Position numbers and translations under genes: made by a program. A model generated the notes under the pieces. It searched no databases. It was given only the letters and a program-made list of their open reading frames with translations, and had not been told where the DNA came from. Below, piece after piece: positions 12,559 to 26,525 of a stretch of DNA of 64,000 bases. The DNA is taken from assembly GCA_951406725.2 (NCBI GenBank), contig OX597817.1, positions 159,464,001-159,528,000 on the forward strand. Reading direction: 5' to 3'. Every line of letters begins with the position of its first letter. Within the stretch, counting starts at the first letter, position 1. This DNA is from Octopus vulgaris (Eukaryota).

Positions 12559-13947
12559 TTAAAACTTAGTAACTCTATGCATTAAAAATTTTTTCATCTT
12601 TATATAATTATTGCCAAAACCAGGTTTTCAGCAGATAAATGATTAAATATTTTGTTACCATATTTCTGTTGAATACAAATAGTCATTACTAAGCTAGTGT
12701 TTGGAACATCAATTAACATGAAATTTTGGCATTAGACTTTAATTTCGATCACGTTAAAACCAGGTTGTATCATAGAACCAGGAGCAGTCTCAAACAGGTT
12801 AGTATCAAAAAGGTTAAAGTCATGTTGGCAACAGCCATACTTTTGACATTCAAAGTGTTTAGGATTTAGTTTGTTATGGATTTATTAATATTTACACTTC
12901 CTCACCTGTGTTTTACTGAATGATATATTTACGAATAGGGTTGTGTGATTGGAAAAATTGCTTAACAAGCAGCAAATTTATAGGTTGTATTTCACTACAT
13001 TGCCTACAATTTTTATGAATACTAATCAGCCAACTGAAGGAGCTTCTTATATGGTAACTTGATATTTTCAGATAAAAGCCAGCTCTCTGACTCTCTCTCT
13101 CTCTCAAATCATCTGCTTTATAAAATGGAAAGACATACTGGACAATGTAAACTGGATAGTTAAGATGATTATGGCTGACCTTGGACTAAACATCAACAAG
13201 TCATCACAAAATTCAAATCTTTTTAAAATCAATGTGAAAATTTCCTTTGTAGCAATTTTTTTTTTAAAACAAATATTTTCCAGAGATGTATAGGTACAGG
13301 TGTAGTTGTGTGGTTAAGAAGCTTACTTCCCAACCATGTGGTCTTGGGTTCATTCCTCTCTATGTCTAGCCATGGGAAAATATTACCGTGCTTAGAACCA
13401 AGGCATTCAGCTGTAGAAAATCTGACCCATGCAAGTATGGAAAAGTGTACGTTAAATGATGATGTTTGTCTAAGTGTTTTGAGGCAACCAAACATACCAG
13501 TTCACCAAAAGAATGGAGCATTTAATTTTAGTGCAGGATTTGTAGAACGCATATGGAATATTCCACCAGCGGTGATAGAAAGATACAAATTACCTGGCAG
13601 ATAGAGAAATATGTTTAGGTGTTCAAAGAGAAAATTTAATTAATCAACAGTCTATGATGGTTTTATATAAATAGCACAACTCCAGCATTATTTATCATAC
13701 ATTGATAGCCACACACAACCTTCATGAATAAATATATCAAAGCATACACTGCTACACTGCATCAACTCAGAAATAGCACACAACTTAAAACCATATTAAC
13801 TAGTCTATTATCAGCTTTCACTTGTAGTTTAAAACAAAAATGGCACACTTTGGACAAGACTTGCTCTGCAAGACCAGAAAATCTATTTAGTCTCAGGAAT
13901 AAATAATATACTCAATCTAGGGTATAGATATACTCCACATCAGGGTT

Positions 13948-14150
13948 ATCATCATCATCATCATTTAATGTCCATTTTCCATGCTAGCATAGATTGGACG
14001 GTTTAACAGGGTTTTTACAGCTGGAGGCCCTTCCTAACACCAACCACCTTAAAGAGTGAACTGAGTGCTTTTTACATGGCACCAACACTGGCAATGTGTT
14101 TTTAGTATGGTTTTCACAGCTAGATGCCATTCCAAATGCCAACCATTTTA
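13948..14150 (-). mobile_element. RTE 3'UTR fragment
   Basis: (cat)n tail followed by ttaatgtccattttccatgctagcat ... cagctggaggcccttcctaacaccaacc. Confidence 0.7.
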
Positions 14151-14941
14151 CAATGTCGTCCTGTGTATATATACACACATACCTTCTGGACTATTTCTTC
14201 AATAGTTATCAATCAATACTCAACCTCAAACACACTTTGGCTGCAACTACCGTGTCTTACACTGCCCCTCTAAACTTGCCAACTCTGTACTTTACTTAAT
14301 TCCTCTTCTACTATAATACCTGTATAAGCAATTTTTAATCAGGGTTTTCAACTATAGCCCTGAACCAGCCAAAAACTTTTTGAGTAGATTTAGTAGACAG
14401 AAAGTGAAATAAACCTTGTCTTGACTTAAGCAGTGTCCATGCCCAATCTTCAATAAAAAAGAAAAAGTCTGGTCATGGAAAAATATTACTTCACTTGGAA
14501 GCAAGTGAGGGTTCGTGACAAGAAAATCTTCAAATTGTTTGACCCTTGTAAGCATCTAAAAGTGGACTTTAATGATGATGATGTTCACATACTAATAGAT
14601 ATTAGTATGCTTAGTTATTCCATAGTTGTCTGAATGGCTGTCTTAAGGTTTTTGTTTTATTATTGGATTGCTCTTGAAGAAGGGTTTGTGCCAATACCTT
14701 GTGCAGGGTTTCCAAATCAAGCCAGCACAAAGCTGTTAACATTCTGCTTGAACTGCTGCAGGAAAAATGTGCAAAGAGAAAATTCGAGGTGGATGATGAT
14801 CTGGGAAAGGAGGATTTAATATAATGGCAAATATGAGGGTCTGAAAAGGAGTAGATAGATAGTGGTTGGTGAGAGGGAGACCTTGAGTAAAGGCAGCACT
14901 AAACTAGCCATATCTGGGGAGTAAAAACAATTGAAGTAATA

Positions 14942-15363
14942 CAGGTCATCATCGACTTACGACCGATCGATTTTATGTCAATTGCCATGCCAGCTCCCGG
15001 CAGCAATAATAAATAGTCCAGTTGAAATTTAATGGGAACCCGTCTATGGATGATGTCAGCTAACAAATGCTTTCCCTATGTTTGGTTATTGATCGCCACT
15101 CTGTTGGATGGCTATCCTGTCACAGAGACATCGAGGCAACCTTGTATTTGTTTATAAGATGACTGTTTGAGACTCCAAATTTTTTTACTAATACCAGTAT
15201 AATAGTATAATACAAAATGCGGTGTGACTATTAACTGAGAATGTACCTGAAGAATGTACAAATATAAAACAAAGCTACATAGGCCTAGAGGCCAACTTAT
15301 GACCAAATTGACTTACGACCAGTCAGTCGGAACCAGTTGTGGTCTTAAGTTGACGACGACTTG
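14942..15363. mobile_element. Tc1/mariner (pogo/Tigger-like) MITE
   Basis: TA|caggtcatcatcgacttacgacc ... ggtcttaagttgacgacgacttg|TA gives imperfect ~23-bp TIRs and a TA TSD. An extra internal gacttacgacc copy lies near the right end, as in Tigger-type elements. Confidence 0.75.
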
Positions 15364-18341
15364 TAATCCAAATTTACAAAAACTATTCCTAGAATAAATA
15401 TATAAAGTCATCCACATGTTTATTTACATCACATGTGATCCTACTTTTGAGAAACTCTAAAATGATGAAAGACGGGTATACTTCAATGTTTCATCATTCT
15501 ATTTTATTTTTTCTTTGCAATATAAACAATGCAAGACCGTGTGGCCAAGAAGTTGTAGTTGCATGGTCCCAGCAGCCCCTTGGGAAGGCATCTCCTACAA
15601 TAAGCTTGAGATCAACCAATACCTCATGAGTGAATCTGGTAATGAAAACTGTTCAGAAACCCAATATATCATCATTTAACATCCATGCTCCAAGCTGACA
15701 TGGGCTTGATGGTTTGATAGAATCTGACTGGCCAGAGGACTGCATTGAGCCCCAATGGCATATGTGTGTGTGTGTGTATGCACACATATATATATGTGTA
15801 TGTATACACACATGCATACGTACATACATACAAGTGTAAGTTTAGCTTATGTAACTATAAATTTGCATTTTGGTGCTTCAATAAGTGCCAGACTTAGAAA
15901 ATATATATTGAGGTTGAACTGAATTTCTAAGAAACCCTTCAAGGTGGTGACCCAGAATGGCTGCAGTCCAATGACTGAAACAAAGAATATATCACATATA
16001 TTTGTATGTGAATGAAGGAATTTAATTATAGACAATCCTTGCCTATAAATAATATTATAAAAATAGCATAAAACACTATAGTAAACTTTAGTAAAATGGC
16101 TTCATTCCCCTTAAAACGGCAAAATGTGAAGCAAAACAAAAATTTTATGATTATTTTCATTAATAACTAAAGTGTTAATGTTGGTTAATAATAAAAGCCA
16201 AATTATATACCTGCTTGCACAAATACTAGTGAGCTATTTTTGAAATGCTGTATTTCTGGTGAAGATTAATAAAAAAAAAAGAAGAAAGAAGAAGAAGAAA
16301 TGCTTCCTCTCTTCTGTATGTGTGGTAAACGTGCATGCACACGTGTGTGTAAACTGAGTTGCTGCCAAAAAAACAACTCCTTCCTACTGCAAAAAAAAAG
16401 AAGTTTGTGTTATATTCATAGAATGTGATTCTTGTATTTGGAAGGGCACCATTAGGGATGTGATTCATTATCAGCTGGCTCTACAAAACAGCAGCAGCAG
16501 CAGCAGTAGCAGCAACTATCTGAAATCAAGCTTTCTTTCTAGTCATGCTGCTGGCTTCGTTATTACACAACTATACCATACCGTGCCATACCATACCATA
16601 CAAGTTAACATGTAAAGGGCAACACTGCAGTAATTTCGCACCCAGCCATGGTATTATTGTAAATGTGGATACAATAAAAAACTGGGTAGCAAAGAACACA
16701 CCACTTAGGCACAAATGAAAGAATCATTATTGACAATGAGTGAAATTATCTCTGAAATATTTGATATTTTATTATTACTGGAATTAGATCCTTTTAAACT
16801 CATTTGTTGCCATATTTCTGCCTTTGTTTCAGTAAGTTTTGAAAACAATGAATTTACTGAAATAACTTTGTTGTTATTAATCTGATGTTTGGAAAATAAA
16901 ATTATAACATGTAATTTTAATTGGATCACTTTAAAATAGGGAATTTGTACCGCAGAACTTGGGGCAATCTTAGATGGGCTGGTACTGAAAGATTAACTCT
17001 CTTATTACTGACTAATCCCAAGTAATAAAGTAGAACTGAAAGAAACTAGTGATGTTCCGCCTCAGCAAAAAGCAATACAAAATAGTTCAAACAGTGGAAT
17101 ATCATTTATACATAATGAGAGGCTTTCATGTTTTGGATATTTATCTTTTTTTGGAGAGGGAGAAAAAAATGAAGGTTTTTGATGTTGAGGAATGAAAAGG
17201 AGAGAGAGAGGGATCAAACTGGTGTAAGTAGTAGAGGAGATATGAGAACATGTGGAAATTGTACGATGTGATCAAAATAGTAGCAGATAGATACAGATTA
17301 ATTAAAATGGTAAGGACCAGCTAAATGAGGTGGGAGATGAAGAACAAAAGGACATATACATTGATTACCAATAATCCTAACCTGTAAAGAGAGGAGAGTA
17401 GCTGACAAGAATGGTTAAAACAATGAACTGATAACAGAATTGGTAAAAGAATTAAGTAGTTGGTGGGCTGTAGGAAGTGAAATTGTTAGATGTTGTCAGA
17501 ATTGTTTGAAAACAAAATTACACAGAAAAGTTTAGCAGTCTATAATAAGAGCTAGCAGAGTGGAGAAAGGGTTGCAGGTGTAAAAATAGAACAGTTAGAC
17601 AGTGCAATATCAACAACACAAACACACACACACATTATACAGGTACACCGCTAATTTTTTAGCACTCTTGGTTTCAGAACCTTTGTCGGATTATCTGTTT
17701 TGCAGGATTCAAAGAAAGCGGGTAGTAGAAGTAGTGGTAATTCAGAGTAAATTCCTAGCAGGTTGCTTTCACATTAAGAATTTTTTGCTAGAAACACTTT
17801 TCCAGCCCTTCAACTATAAGGTGAAGGTGTAAATGTTTCAAACCAAATCTAATGCCTCTCTTCAAACATAACTAAAAGGCATAGATTTACCTTTTCCTCT
17901 TTCTTGCTTAGAAAGTTATCAAATAATTTGCTCTTCACTAAAAGAGGAGATCCTAAAAGGATTAGATCATATTAGATTTAGTTTTAAAATTTCGCCTCTT
18001 CATACTATTATAGTCAGATGTAGGGAGGGTGCTTCTGGTCCATGATATGTCACTAGTGATTAAAGAAATGTGTGTCAAGAAGACTTGGCGGTGAAAAAAC
18101 TAATTGGTTGCTGGAAATTTAAGTGTCCTCACATAGTTATGTCAGAATTAAAAGAGGTATCGTATCATATCATCATCATCAGCTAGAAAGCAGGAAGTCG
18201 ACCTGTGTGTGTGTGTGTGTGTGTGTGCATGCATGTGTAACATGTAGACATATCTGCATTTCTTTAGACTTACTGTGAAAAATATAAAATACATTTGAAT
18301 GTAGTTTTTGTACAGAGAAAAATTATTAGGATTATCTTTAA

Positions 18342-18552
18342 CCTTTCTGCATTTAAACTGGCCATATCAGCTCCAAATATTCTATTTTATGTTCAAACCG
18401 ACAAGCTCTCATCTCTCACACTTACCCTACAATGTCATTCTAAAAATACACAATCACATCATCTTGAAGCTTTGAGATAAAGCATGATTAATTCAAAAAC
18501 AATGTGAATAAATAAGCATTACATGTGACAGAGTAATCTGAATGCTAAAGGG
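18342..18552. mobile_element. Family A TTAA MITE
   Basis: ttaa-cctttctgcatttaaactggccatatc ... gtaatctgaatgctaaaggg. Confidence 0.75.
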
Positions 18553-18875
18553 TTAGGAATTTTCAGAGATGTGCAAGATTGTGTGTTGAAAGTAACTGAA
18601 ATGGAACTGTAGCAGCAACCATGCTACAGTGAGTGGAAAAAAAGGTTTTTTGTGTGCCTTTGAATGGCTAATATGTATCTTCATACTGTAATTGCTTGCA
18701 AGATTATTTAACCAATTATCAGAAGACTAATTCTCATGGTAGACAAAACATCAGGATATGTCCCTACTGGTGATCAGTTAAACAACTATGAAATAACTCA
18801 TAAAAACAATCAAGTGGAGAGAACATTCAAATGTAGTTACATTGTTTACCTTTTCACAGTGCAAGTTTGGGAAAA

Positions 18876-19170
18876 GGAGTGGCTGTGTGGTAAGTAGTTT
18901 GCTTCCAAACCACATGGTTCTGAGTTCAGTCTCTTCTGGTACAGCCTCGGGACAACCAAAGACTTGTGAGGGAATTTGGTAGACAGAAACTGAAAGCCCA
19001 TTGTGCGTGTTTGTGTGTGTGTGTGTTTACACCCCCATAACTTAGTGGTTTGGCGAAGGAGACCTATAGATAGGCTTACAAAGAATAAGTTCTGGGGTCA
19101 ATTTGTTCAACTAAAAAGGCAGTACTCCAGTATGGCTGCAGTCAAATGACAAACTAATAAAAGAATAAAA
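18876..19170 (+). mobile_element. tRNA-derived SINE, internally deleted (family of 35047-35445)
   Basis: ggagtggctgtgtggtaagtag ... ggttctgagttcagtc ... tatggctgcagtcaaatgac. Confidence 0.75.
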
Positions 19171-19699
19171 TATCTACTGTATATATGCTATGTTGATGTG
19201 TAAGTATTTGTTATTTAAATATGCACACATACAGACATGCACATAAACTACATACATCCTGAAACAACCTTCCAATTTCTTAATGAATTTTGACCAAAAT
19301 TATTGGAGGAAGAGGAGGAGATATATAAAAAGGACTGGAATATCTCTCAGACAATATCTGTACATTTTGTAATAAGTATGCATAGCTGGACACGCCCACA
19401 TAGTGACACATATACCTTTGAGTTCAATAAATTGTCATAACAGCAATATCAAATAGTTTATACACATAATTACATATAAACTGCCTTTCTCTTTTAGGTT
19501 TTCAACAAACATTTCATTACGAATAACATTCACTTTCTGCCATTAAATACTAAAATCGAAATTTAGGGGCCAATTATATGCATACTCTTGATGATGAAAA
19601 GAGGTGTAGTAAACAGAATGGAAGCATTTGAAGGTGCTTGGTTACGTCATACAAGAGAAGCTAATGTTTTAAAGGTTACACATGTCCCTTTTAAAGGAG

Positions 19700-20930
19700 A
19701 GGATTAGCAAAGATAATGATAGTAAGAGGGTCCAGAGGAAAGGAAATGACAGTTGCAGAGGCAAGTGTAGACATGTAAAAAGCTGTAGAAAAGTAAACTC
19801 CTTAAGATAAAACAGTTTCTGTTAAGAACCTGAAAACTTGCTGAAGATTTGAGTTCACTAATGATAACGGGGTAACCTAATGCAAGGAAAATATGGTGCA
19901 TTTCTTTAGACATGAAAAGAAAATCTGAGTTTTTACAACAAAGCCAAAGGAGTCATAGAAATTGGGACAAAAAGGACAGTGGTCCTTGTGTGAGAAGGAT
20001 GAAAGAAATAAAAGTCAAGGGAGGAGTGTGAATCAGTATTTTTATGGGGAACAAAAGTAGAAATGTGAAGACCATCAATAGTGACAAAGATATCAATGAA
20101 AAGAACAAAAGTATTGGAAATGGTAGAGGTAAAATTATAAAGATGGATGGAAATAGTTGATGAAACGAATGAAGGCAAAGGTTTTGTTTCTGGCTGAAGG
20201 AAAAGTGCCAATACAGTCACTACTCAACAAGTGTAGAATTCAAGGGCAGATCCAATAGAATGAACAAAGATCTAAACCTCAAAAAGGTTGGTGTAATTAG
20301 AGTATGTTAATCTCCATGGCCACCCCTGGTAGTTTGTTGTTAATGCTTATCAGAGAAAAGTGGAACTGGGCCCAAGTAAAGGGTAGAGGAAAAGAAATAC
20401 TTAAGAGCTCTTTATCATGGGGGATGAAAGTGTACAAGGATTTTACATCTATGGCGAATAAGAGTTGCACAGGTCTAGTAGGGAAGAAAGAGGTGTTACA
20501 AAAGTTAAGGGCATGATTGGTATACTTGGTGAGAGCAAAGGTTGATATGAGTTTATCACTATAGAAAGAAGAAAGTTCAGTGGGACACTTAACTATAGGC
20601 AGAGATGAAGTAACCTGGATGGTTGGTTTGTGCAACTTAGGGGAGAAAATAGATTGTAGAAGTATGACTTACATTGATGGTAAGGGTTAGCTACAGTGGA
20701 AGGGAATGCAGAGAAAGAGATCACACACATCAAAACCAGTACTTTTACAAGATAGCAGTTTCTGGGTTTTGAAGTGTGTGATCTTTAGGTAATCTATATT
20801 GCTAAGCTGACAAGATATTCTCCTGGTAAAGGGCAGTCTGATAAGCAACTACAACACTACCATTGTTGGCTAGTTTGACTGTGAGGTCACTATGGATTTG
20901 AAGCTATTGAAGCATGTGGAGTTTATCGAC
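19700..20930 (-). mobile_element. Decayed Penelope-like retroelement (reverse transcriptase region)
   Basis: Colinear frameshifted pieces resemble Penelope RT motifs: VKLANNGSVVV (cf. IKPADKGGAVVV), LPIV..CPTE, LLFAIDVKSLYTFIPHD, GVAM, FTSTIS...FIDI...HKNTDSHSSLDF...HPSH and EMHHIFLALGYP. Confidence 0.75.
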
Positions 20931-21060
20931 AGTGATACTAAGTCATTTTAAAAGTTTTTTATAAAGAATTAAATACATCCAAATTGTAACACTGCTACAG
21001 ACACAAGTCAAAGTTGAACTTTGTTTAAGTCATGAGACCATGTAGAGCAGCAATATTTAA

Positions 21061-21281
21061 CCCTTTCGATACCAACCTGCCTGAAACCGCCTCTGGCTCT
21101 GTAATACAAATGTCTTGTTTTCAAAATTTCTGAATAAAAATCTTCCACCAAACCTTAGTCACAATTTATGTGCCTAATACTAGCTTAATGATAACCAAGT
21201 TATTTTACTAACTTCTTTGTTACATTTAAAATTAATTGAAAAAACACAGAGCATTTAAGTGGAAATATGGTAACAAGAGGG
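21061..21281. mobile_element. Family B TTAA MITE
   Basis: TTAA|ccctttcgatacc ... ggtaacaagaggg|TTAA, 221 bp, reverse orientation relative to 2109-2329. Confidence 0.85.
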
Positions 21282-22467
21282 TTAAGCCAACACTGTATTG
21301 TTTGACTAAGGACAGCACATGGTATGAAAATGTAGATCAAACTTAGTTTGTTGGTAAGTAAAGATTAGAACCTTTGCCTAGAAGGGAACATTCAGAACCC
21401 ACAAGAGTAAATTATCCCAATTCTTACATTGGCAACTATGCTATTAGAAAATCCACCTCCTCTGTTAACTAGGTCACTTATGTAATAAAGAGCTATCAAA
21501 TGAGAGCCTTCTGGAGGAATTTATTTCACATGTACTTGCACTGCTAATCACTTGAGATCCTACTTCACATCTTCTGTATTCATGGAAGACCTTTTGACTC
21601 TAGATATTGATTTAGCTGTAAGAACTAGGTCAGCACTTTCAAGTAGTTCTGACAGACAGCTAGTCTGAAACTTCTGTTATGGCCTGGAGGAATGTAATAA
21701 GAGGGGTGAGAACCAAACTCTGACCTGCACAAAACTGTATGCTAAATTCTTAGTTGAACTCATTTTTAATTCTAATTTTGATTGTGGCATCTATGCACAT
21801 GGTTTGCATGGCTTTCTTAAACCAGTTACCAAGGTAAGAATTAAGTGGAAAAAAATTCAGGGAGATGTTACCTCTGCTGGCAACAAAAGATTTTTCTCTC
21901 AGAGTGAAAAGAAGATTGTGTGTGTACTAAGAGCAATTCTGCATGGTAGCAGAATGTGGACCTTCAGTAATATGTGACTGCTTGAAAAAAACAAGCTGAC
22001 CGGTTCTGCTGGATGCATAATATTACTATGTATGATTGCCAGAGCACAAATGAACAGAGAGAAAAACTGGATGCAAGAGGAGTCAGATGTAATGTACATA
22101 AAAAGACTTGTTCAGGCATGTGATATATATGAAAGATGTCAGTTATAAAAAGTACTGAGAATTTCAAGAGGATGGAACATGTAGAAGATGAAGAACCAGG
22201 AAGACATAGGAAATAACAAAATGTCATCATTTCTGTGTATTTAAAAATAAACATTTGACCTAAGGTATCTTTGGAAGAATTAAAACAGAATATAGGAAAT
22301 ATAAATTCAATATGGATGAAATAACTTACATAGAGGAAAGTAGTCAGAAATGTGAATGTAGGAGAAGGTAGTCATTTGTAGAATGTGAGGAATTATATAA
22401 TTGACAAAGAAAAGTTTTTGCTCAGAATCTTGGCACTTAAAACTTCAAAAATTTCTTTGAAGTTTAA

Positions 22468-22684
22468 CCCTTTCGTTACCAACCCGGCTGAAACCGGCTC
22501 TGGTTCTGTAGTACATCTTGTTTTCATAAGTTTTGAATTAAAATCTTCCACGAAACCTTAGTCAGAATTTATGTTCCTGATACTAGCTTAATGATAACTA
22601 AGATATTTTTCTAAATTCTTTGTTATATTTAAAGTAATTGAAAGAAACACAGAGCATCTCAACAGAAATATGGTAACAAAAGGG
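22468..22684. mobile_element. Family B TTAA MITE
   Basis: TTAA|ccctttcgttacca ... tggtaacaaaaggg|TTAA. Confidence 0.85.
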
Positions 22685-24459
22685 TTAAGAAGTGAACCCC
22701 ATATTTGTGGGTTATTGTTGTTGAAATATTTAAATAAATATAAAAGAGGTAAGAAAAATATTTTTGTGGGATGGTGTGGGAACCTGTTGGTATATGTATT
22801 TAAGCCTTACCTTTACTATATAAATACATTCCTTAAACACAATAGCAATAACTAATCTAAATGGCCAAGGATATTTTAATTATGAAAAAAAAATGCAGCT
22901 ACTTTAAATTATGGGACAATTTTAAAACTGTTATATATTGATAAACATGTATTGTAAATAAGGAGTTAATTTTTTGCATGTGACACATCTGAAGTATTAG
23001 CTTCGGGTTTCTTTTATTAAAGATTATAACAGATTGCACTAGTGTTTATAGAATCATTGCAGCGAAATGTTATTGCTGAAAAGAACAATACTTGGTGTAG
23101 TCCTTGCGATGCCATCATTCATACAAAGGCTAATGCTACAAATGTTCTGTTCAATTCACAATACTTGCAGTGACTGCAAGCATGTTTGCACCTTTCTAGC
23201 TGGTTTAAAATGATCTGTTATAGCAAATCAAAACACCAGCTAGCAAAAAAGGAATCTGTCAACCAGAAATCACTACCACAGCTGTGGGTTACTCCTTTCA
23301 AACCTTCTGAAGTTCCTACTGTGCAAAAAGAGAATCTGACCCTGGTGATGATGTTTGGAGCTATTGAGAGCAATAAGCATGTGAAGCCACCTCATTTCAC
23401 CCCAGGAGTTTTTCACATCAATACAACTGAGTACTTGAACATTTTTGATTAAAGTTTTAAGCTATGGATTACCAAACAGTCTGAATGAGATTGTTTTTCG
23501 AAGACTCTGCACTAGCACAGGTTTCAAAGCCCGAGCGGAATAATTTGGGGAAAAAAAAAAATTCCAGTTTGTTTCCAAGGAGGTCTGGCCTTTTAGCTTA
23601 CAAGATCTGAAATCATGTGACTTTTGAATGTGTGTGAGTGGGTGGGTGGGTGGGGTTCACTGAGGACAAGCCCAATATAACACCACACCGCAGCACAGGT
23701 ACTCTGAAGAGTGCCTTTAGGAGAGGCATTCAGATCTAACAATCTGGATGAGGTAATGAGGGTATGTCCCAGCCTTCTGCCATCTGTAATCGATTATAGC
23801 TGCTGGTGGTAGACGTATTGAGTAACATCTTTCCTTATGTTATGATAAATAAGCAAAGTTTCATGCTTCTATTTTTCCATTTACCTTAGTTATGGGCTTT
23901 GAAACAACTAAACACAGTCTTAAGTTATACACACACACATGTATACTGAGCAATGCCAGGCAAATGCAATAGTATACTTATGCGTTTCTATCGCTTTTCA
24001 CCCATCCAGAACTATTTCCCTTACTCCATATCCCATCTTTCTTTCAACATGCACACACACAGAAATTTAAATGCTAACTTTTGCACAAGAGATTTGGATT
24101 TGTTTTTTTTGTCATTTGCAGCTCTAAAAACATTGAAATTTCCCTTTTACCTCTTGTGAGGTATGAACGAAAAAGACTTAGATCATACAAGAAAAGGTCA
24201 GTTAATTATTACTGCTGTTGCTACAAATTAATTCACTTCATACTTAACATTACTTAACTATGATTACTAACTCTCTCTAAGAACCAGTACAGCATCTAGT
24301 AATTGAGTTGATTATAATTGCACATTTATTATTATTAATTATCGTATATAATTAGCTTCACAATAATGTCCTGGTAGTGTTACTGTTTTCATTAATTAAC
24401 CATATTTGTTATTCACATATTTTTGGTAACACTAAGCTTCATTTTATCATGTTTAAAAT

Positions 24460-24680
24460 CCCATAGCATTAAGATTAATCTGTCAAATGTAATGGTTATT
24501 AATTCACATCATTTTGGATTAGTCACACATCACCTTATAACTGAGATTTTGATGATGTGATTTTTATTTTTAGAATGGCATTGTATGATAAGTATGAGAG
24601 GCTGGATCTGGATGATTTGAACAAAAAAAAAAACAGGTAGAACATTTTGGCCAGATATGGTCAGTTTAAATGCTAAATGG
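24460..24680. mobile_element. Family A MITE (degenerate)
   Basis: cccatagcattaagattaatctgtcaaatgtaatg ... cagtttaaatgctaaatgg-ttaa. Confidence 0.65.
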
Positions 24681-25120
24681 TTAATATCCTTTAAACAGAA
24701 TCTATTCTCTTTTAGCAATACTATACAGAAGGTAACCTGTTTATGAGGGCAAACTAGAAATTCATACAAAAATTTAGAGTCTGCCAGTCATAATGAAGGA
24801 AACCCTGTACTCGAAAATCAGTAACTCTTAAAACTGACAGGTAACACTTTAGTCTGGACAAATGGTGTCATGATGAAATATCAGAGTGAATTGAGATCTG
24901 GTTTGTGGAACAAAATACATTATTTAAAAACATCTTTAGCTAAACTCACTAAATGTTAGAACAAGAAAATGATATGGCTTAAACCACCATGCAGCATGAA
25001 TATGGATACAAATGCAGTTAGGTGTTTCTTTGTCTCAATAAAAACTTACTTCCTGCATTTCACAGACATAAAATCTATAATAAGAGTTCTGTTGATGTTA
25101 TGGTTGTTTACATAATATAT

Positions 25121-25307
25121 ATTTCTTTACTATCCACAAGGGGCTAAACAAGGACAGACAAGCGGATTAAGTCGATTACATCAACCCCAGTGCGTAACTG
25201 GTACTTAATTTATCGACCCCGAAAGGATGAAAGGCAAAGTCCACCTCGGCGGAATTTGAACCCAGAACGTAACAGCAGATGAAATACAGCTACGCATTTC
25301 ACCGCCT
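25121..25307 (-). mobile_element. SINE, monomeric copy of the 7713-8314 family
   Basis: Same body (gaccccgaaaggatgaaaggcaaagtc), flanked by the direct repeat tttacataatata. Confidence 0.75.
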
Positions 25308-25801
25308 TATTTTTTACATAATATAAGGGCCAAGATATTCAATTACAATAAAGTAGCTAGAAATATTAGACCAAATATCAGCAAGATTGCAACTGTAGAA
25401 ACAAGCAATTGTTTCCTTAACTATAACTGGCTTGAGTGGGATCCGATTTATAGAGTAAATGTTTCAGACATGAATAATAACACAGCACATATTGGCTTTA
25501 GCAAAAACTCATTCAAGATCCAATTGATCTCGACTATTGAACAACAGTGAATGAACACAATAACTAGTGGTGGAGATAATTCATTACCAAAACTTCTGAC
25601 ATGGTTATTAGCATTTCATATAAACAGCCATATTCAGCTATCAGCAGGTTACTGATAATTATAAATGTGTGTGTTTGAATGTATGCACACACACACACAA
25701 TTGGTTTTGCCCCCTTCAAAATGTTCCAATCCGCAAAAAAATAAGCTCAAAGCTATCAAAGTTTATATAAAATTTGGCATTTTTAAAAGGTGAAGAATAC
25801 A

Positions 25802-26191
25802 TACTCTTTTACTTGTTTCAGTCATTTGACTGCGGCCATGCTGCAGCACCGCCTTTTAGTCGAGCAAATCGACCCCGGGACTTATTCTTTGTAAGCCCAG
25901 TACTTATTCTATCGGTCTCTTTTTGCCGAACCGCTAAGTGACGGGGACGTAAACACACCAGCATCGGTTGTCAAGCAATGCTAGGGGGACAAACACAGAC
26001 ACACATACATATATATATATGTATATGTACATATATACGACAGGCTTCTTTCAGTTTCCGTCTACCAAATCCACTCACAAGGCATTGGTCGGCCTGGGGC
26101 TATAGCAGAAGACACTTGCCCAAGATGCCACGCAGAGGGACTGAGCCCGGAACCATGTGGTTGGTTAGCAAGCTACTTACCACACAGCCAC
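25802..26191 (-). mobile_element. tRNA-derived SINE, near full length
   Basis: Reverse complement of the 35047-35445 family, with A-box-like tggctgtgtggt, B-box-like gggctcagtccc, a central (TA/TG)n tract and the tail aagtaaaagagta. Confidence 0.85.
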
Positions 26192-26525
26192 ACATCATTT
26201 ACTTTACAACATTTCTCTATATTGTTGCATCATCTTAATAGGTAATTTATTGCATCATGTTATGACAACAGAATACAAGCAAGCAACAATATTTTTCTAA
26301 CAAGTTCTAAGTGCATAAAAAATAAGATGCAGTTTTATCTGATCTATACCAAAAGTAACTGCCAGGTATACTGTAAACTGTTGCTACACAATTATTAAGT
26401 AATCTACATTTTCATATTAACCAATAATAAATGTTATATAGAGACATTACAAAATCCACTCAATAGGTAAATGTATTACATCATAAAGAAAATTTAGTTT
26501 AAAGGGGTCGATTAACAATTAGTTT

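Noticed and set aside
17000-18180. Purine-skewed block resembling another decayed retroelement
   Set aside because: No convincing protein motif could be read, so it was left uncalled.
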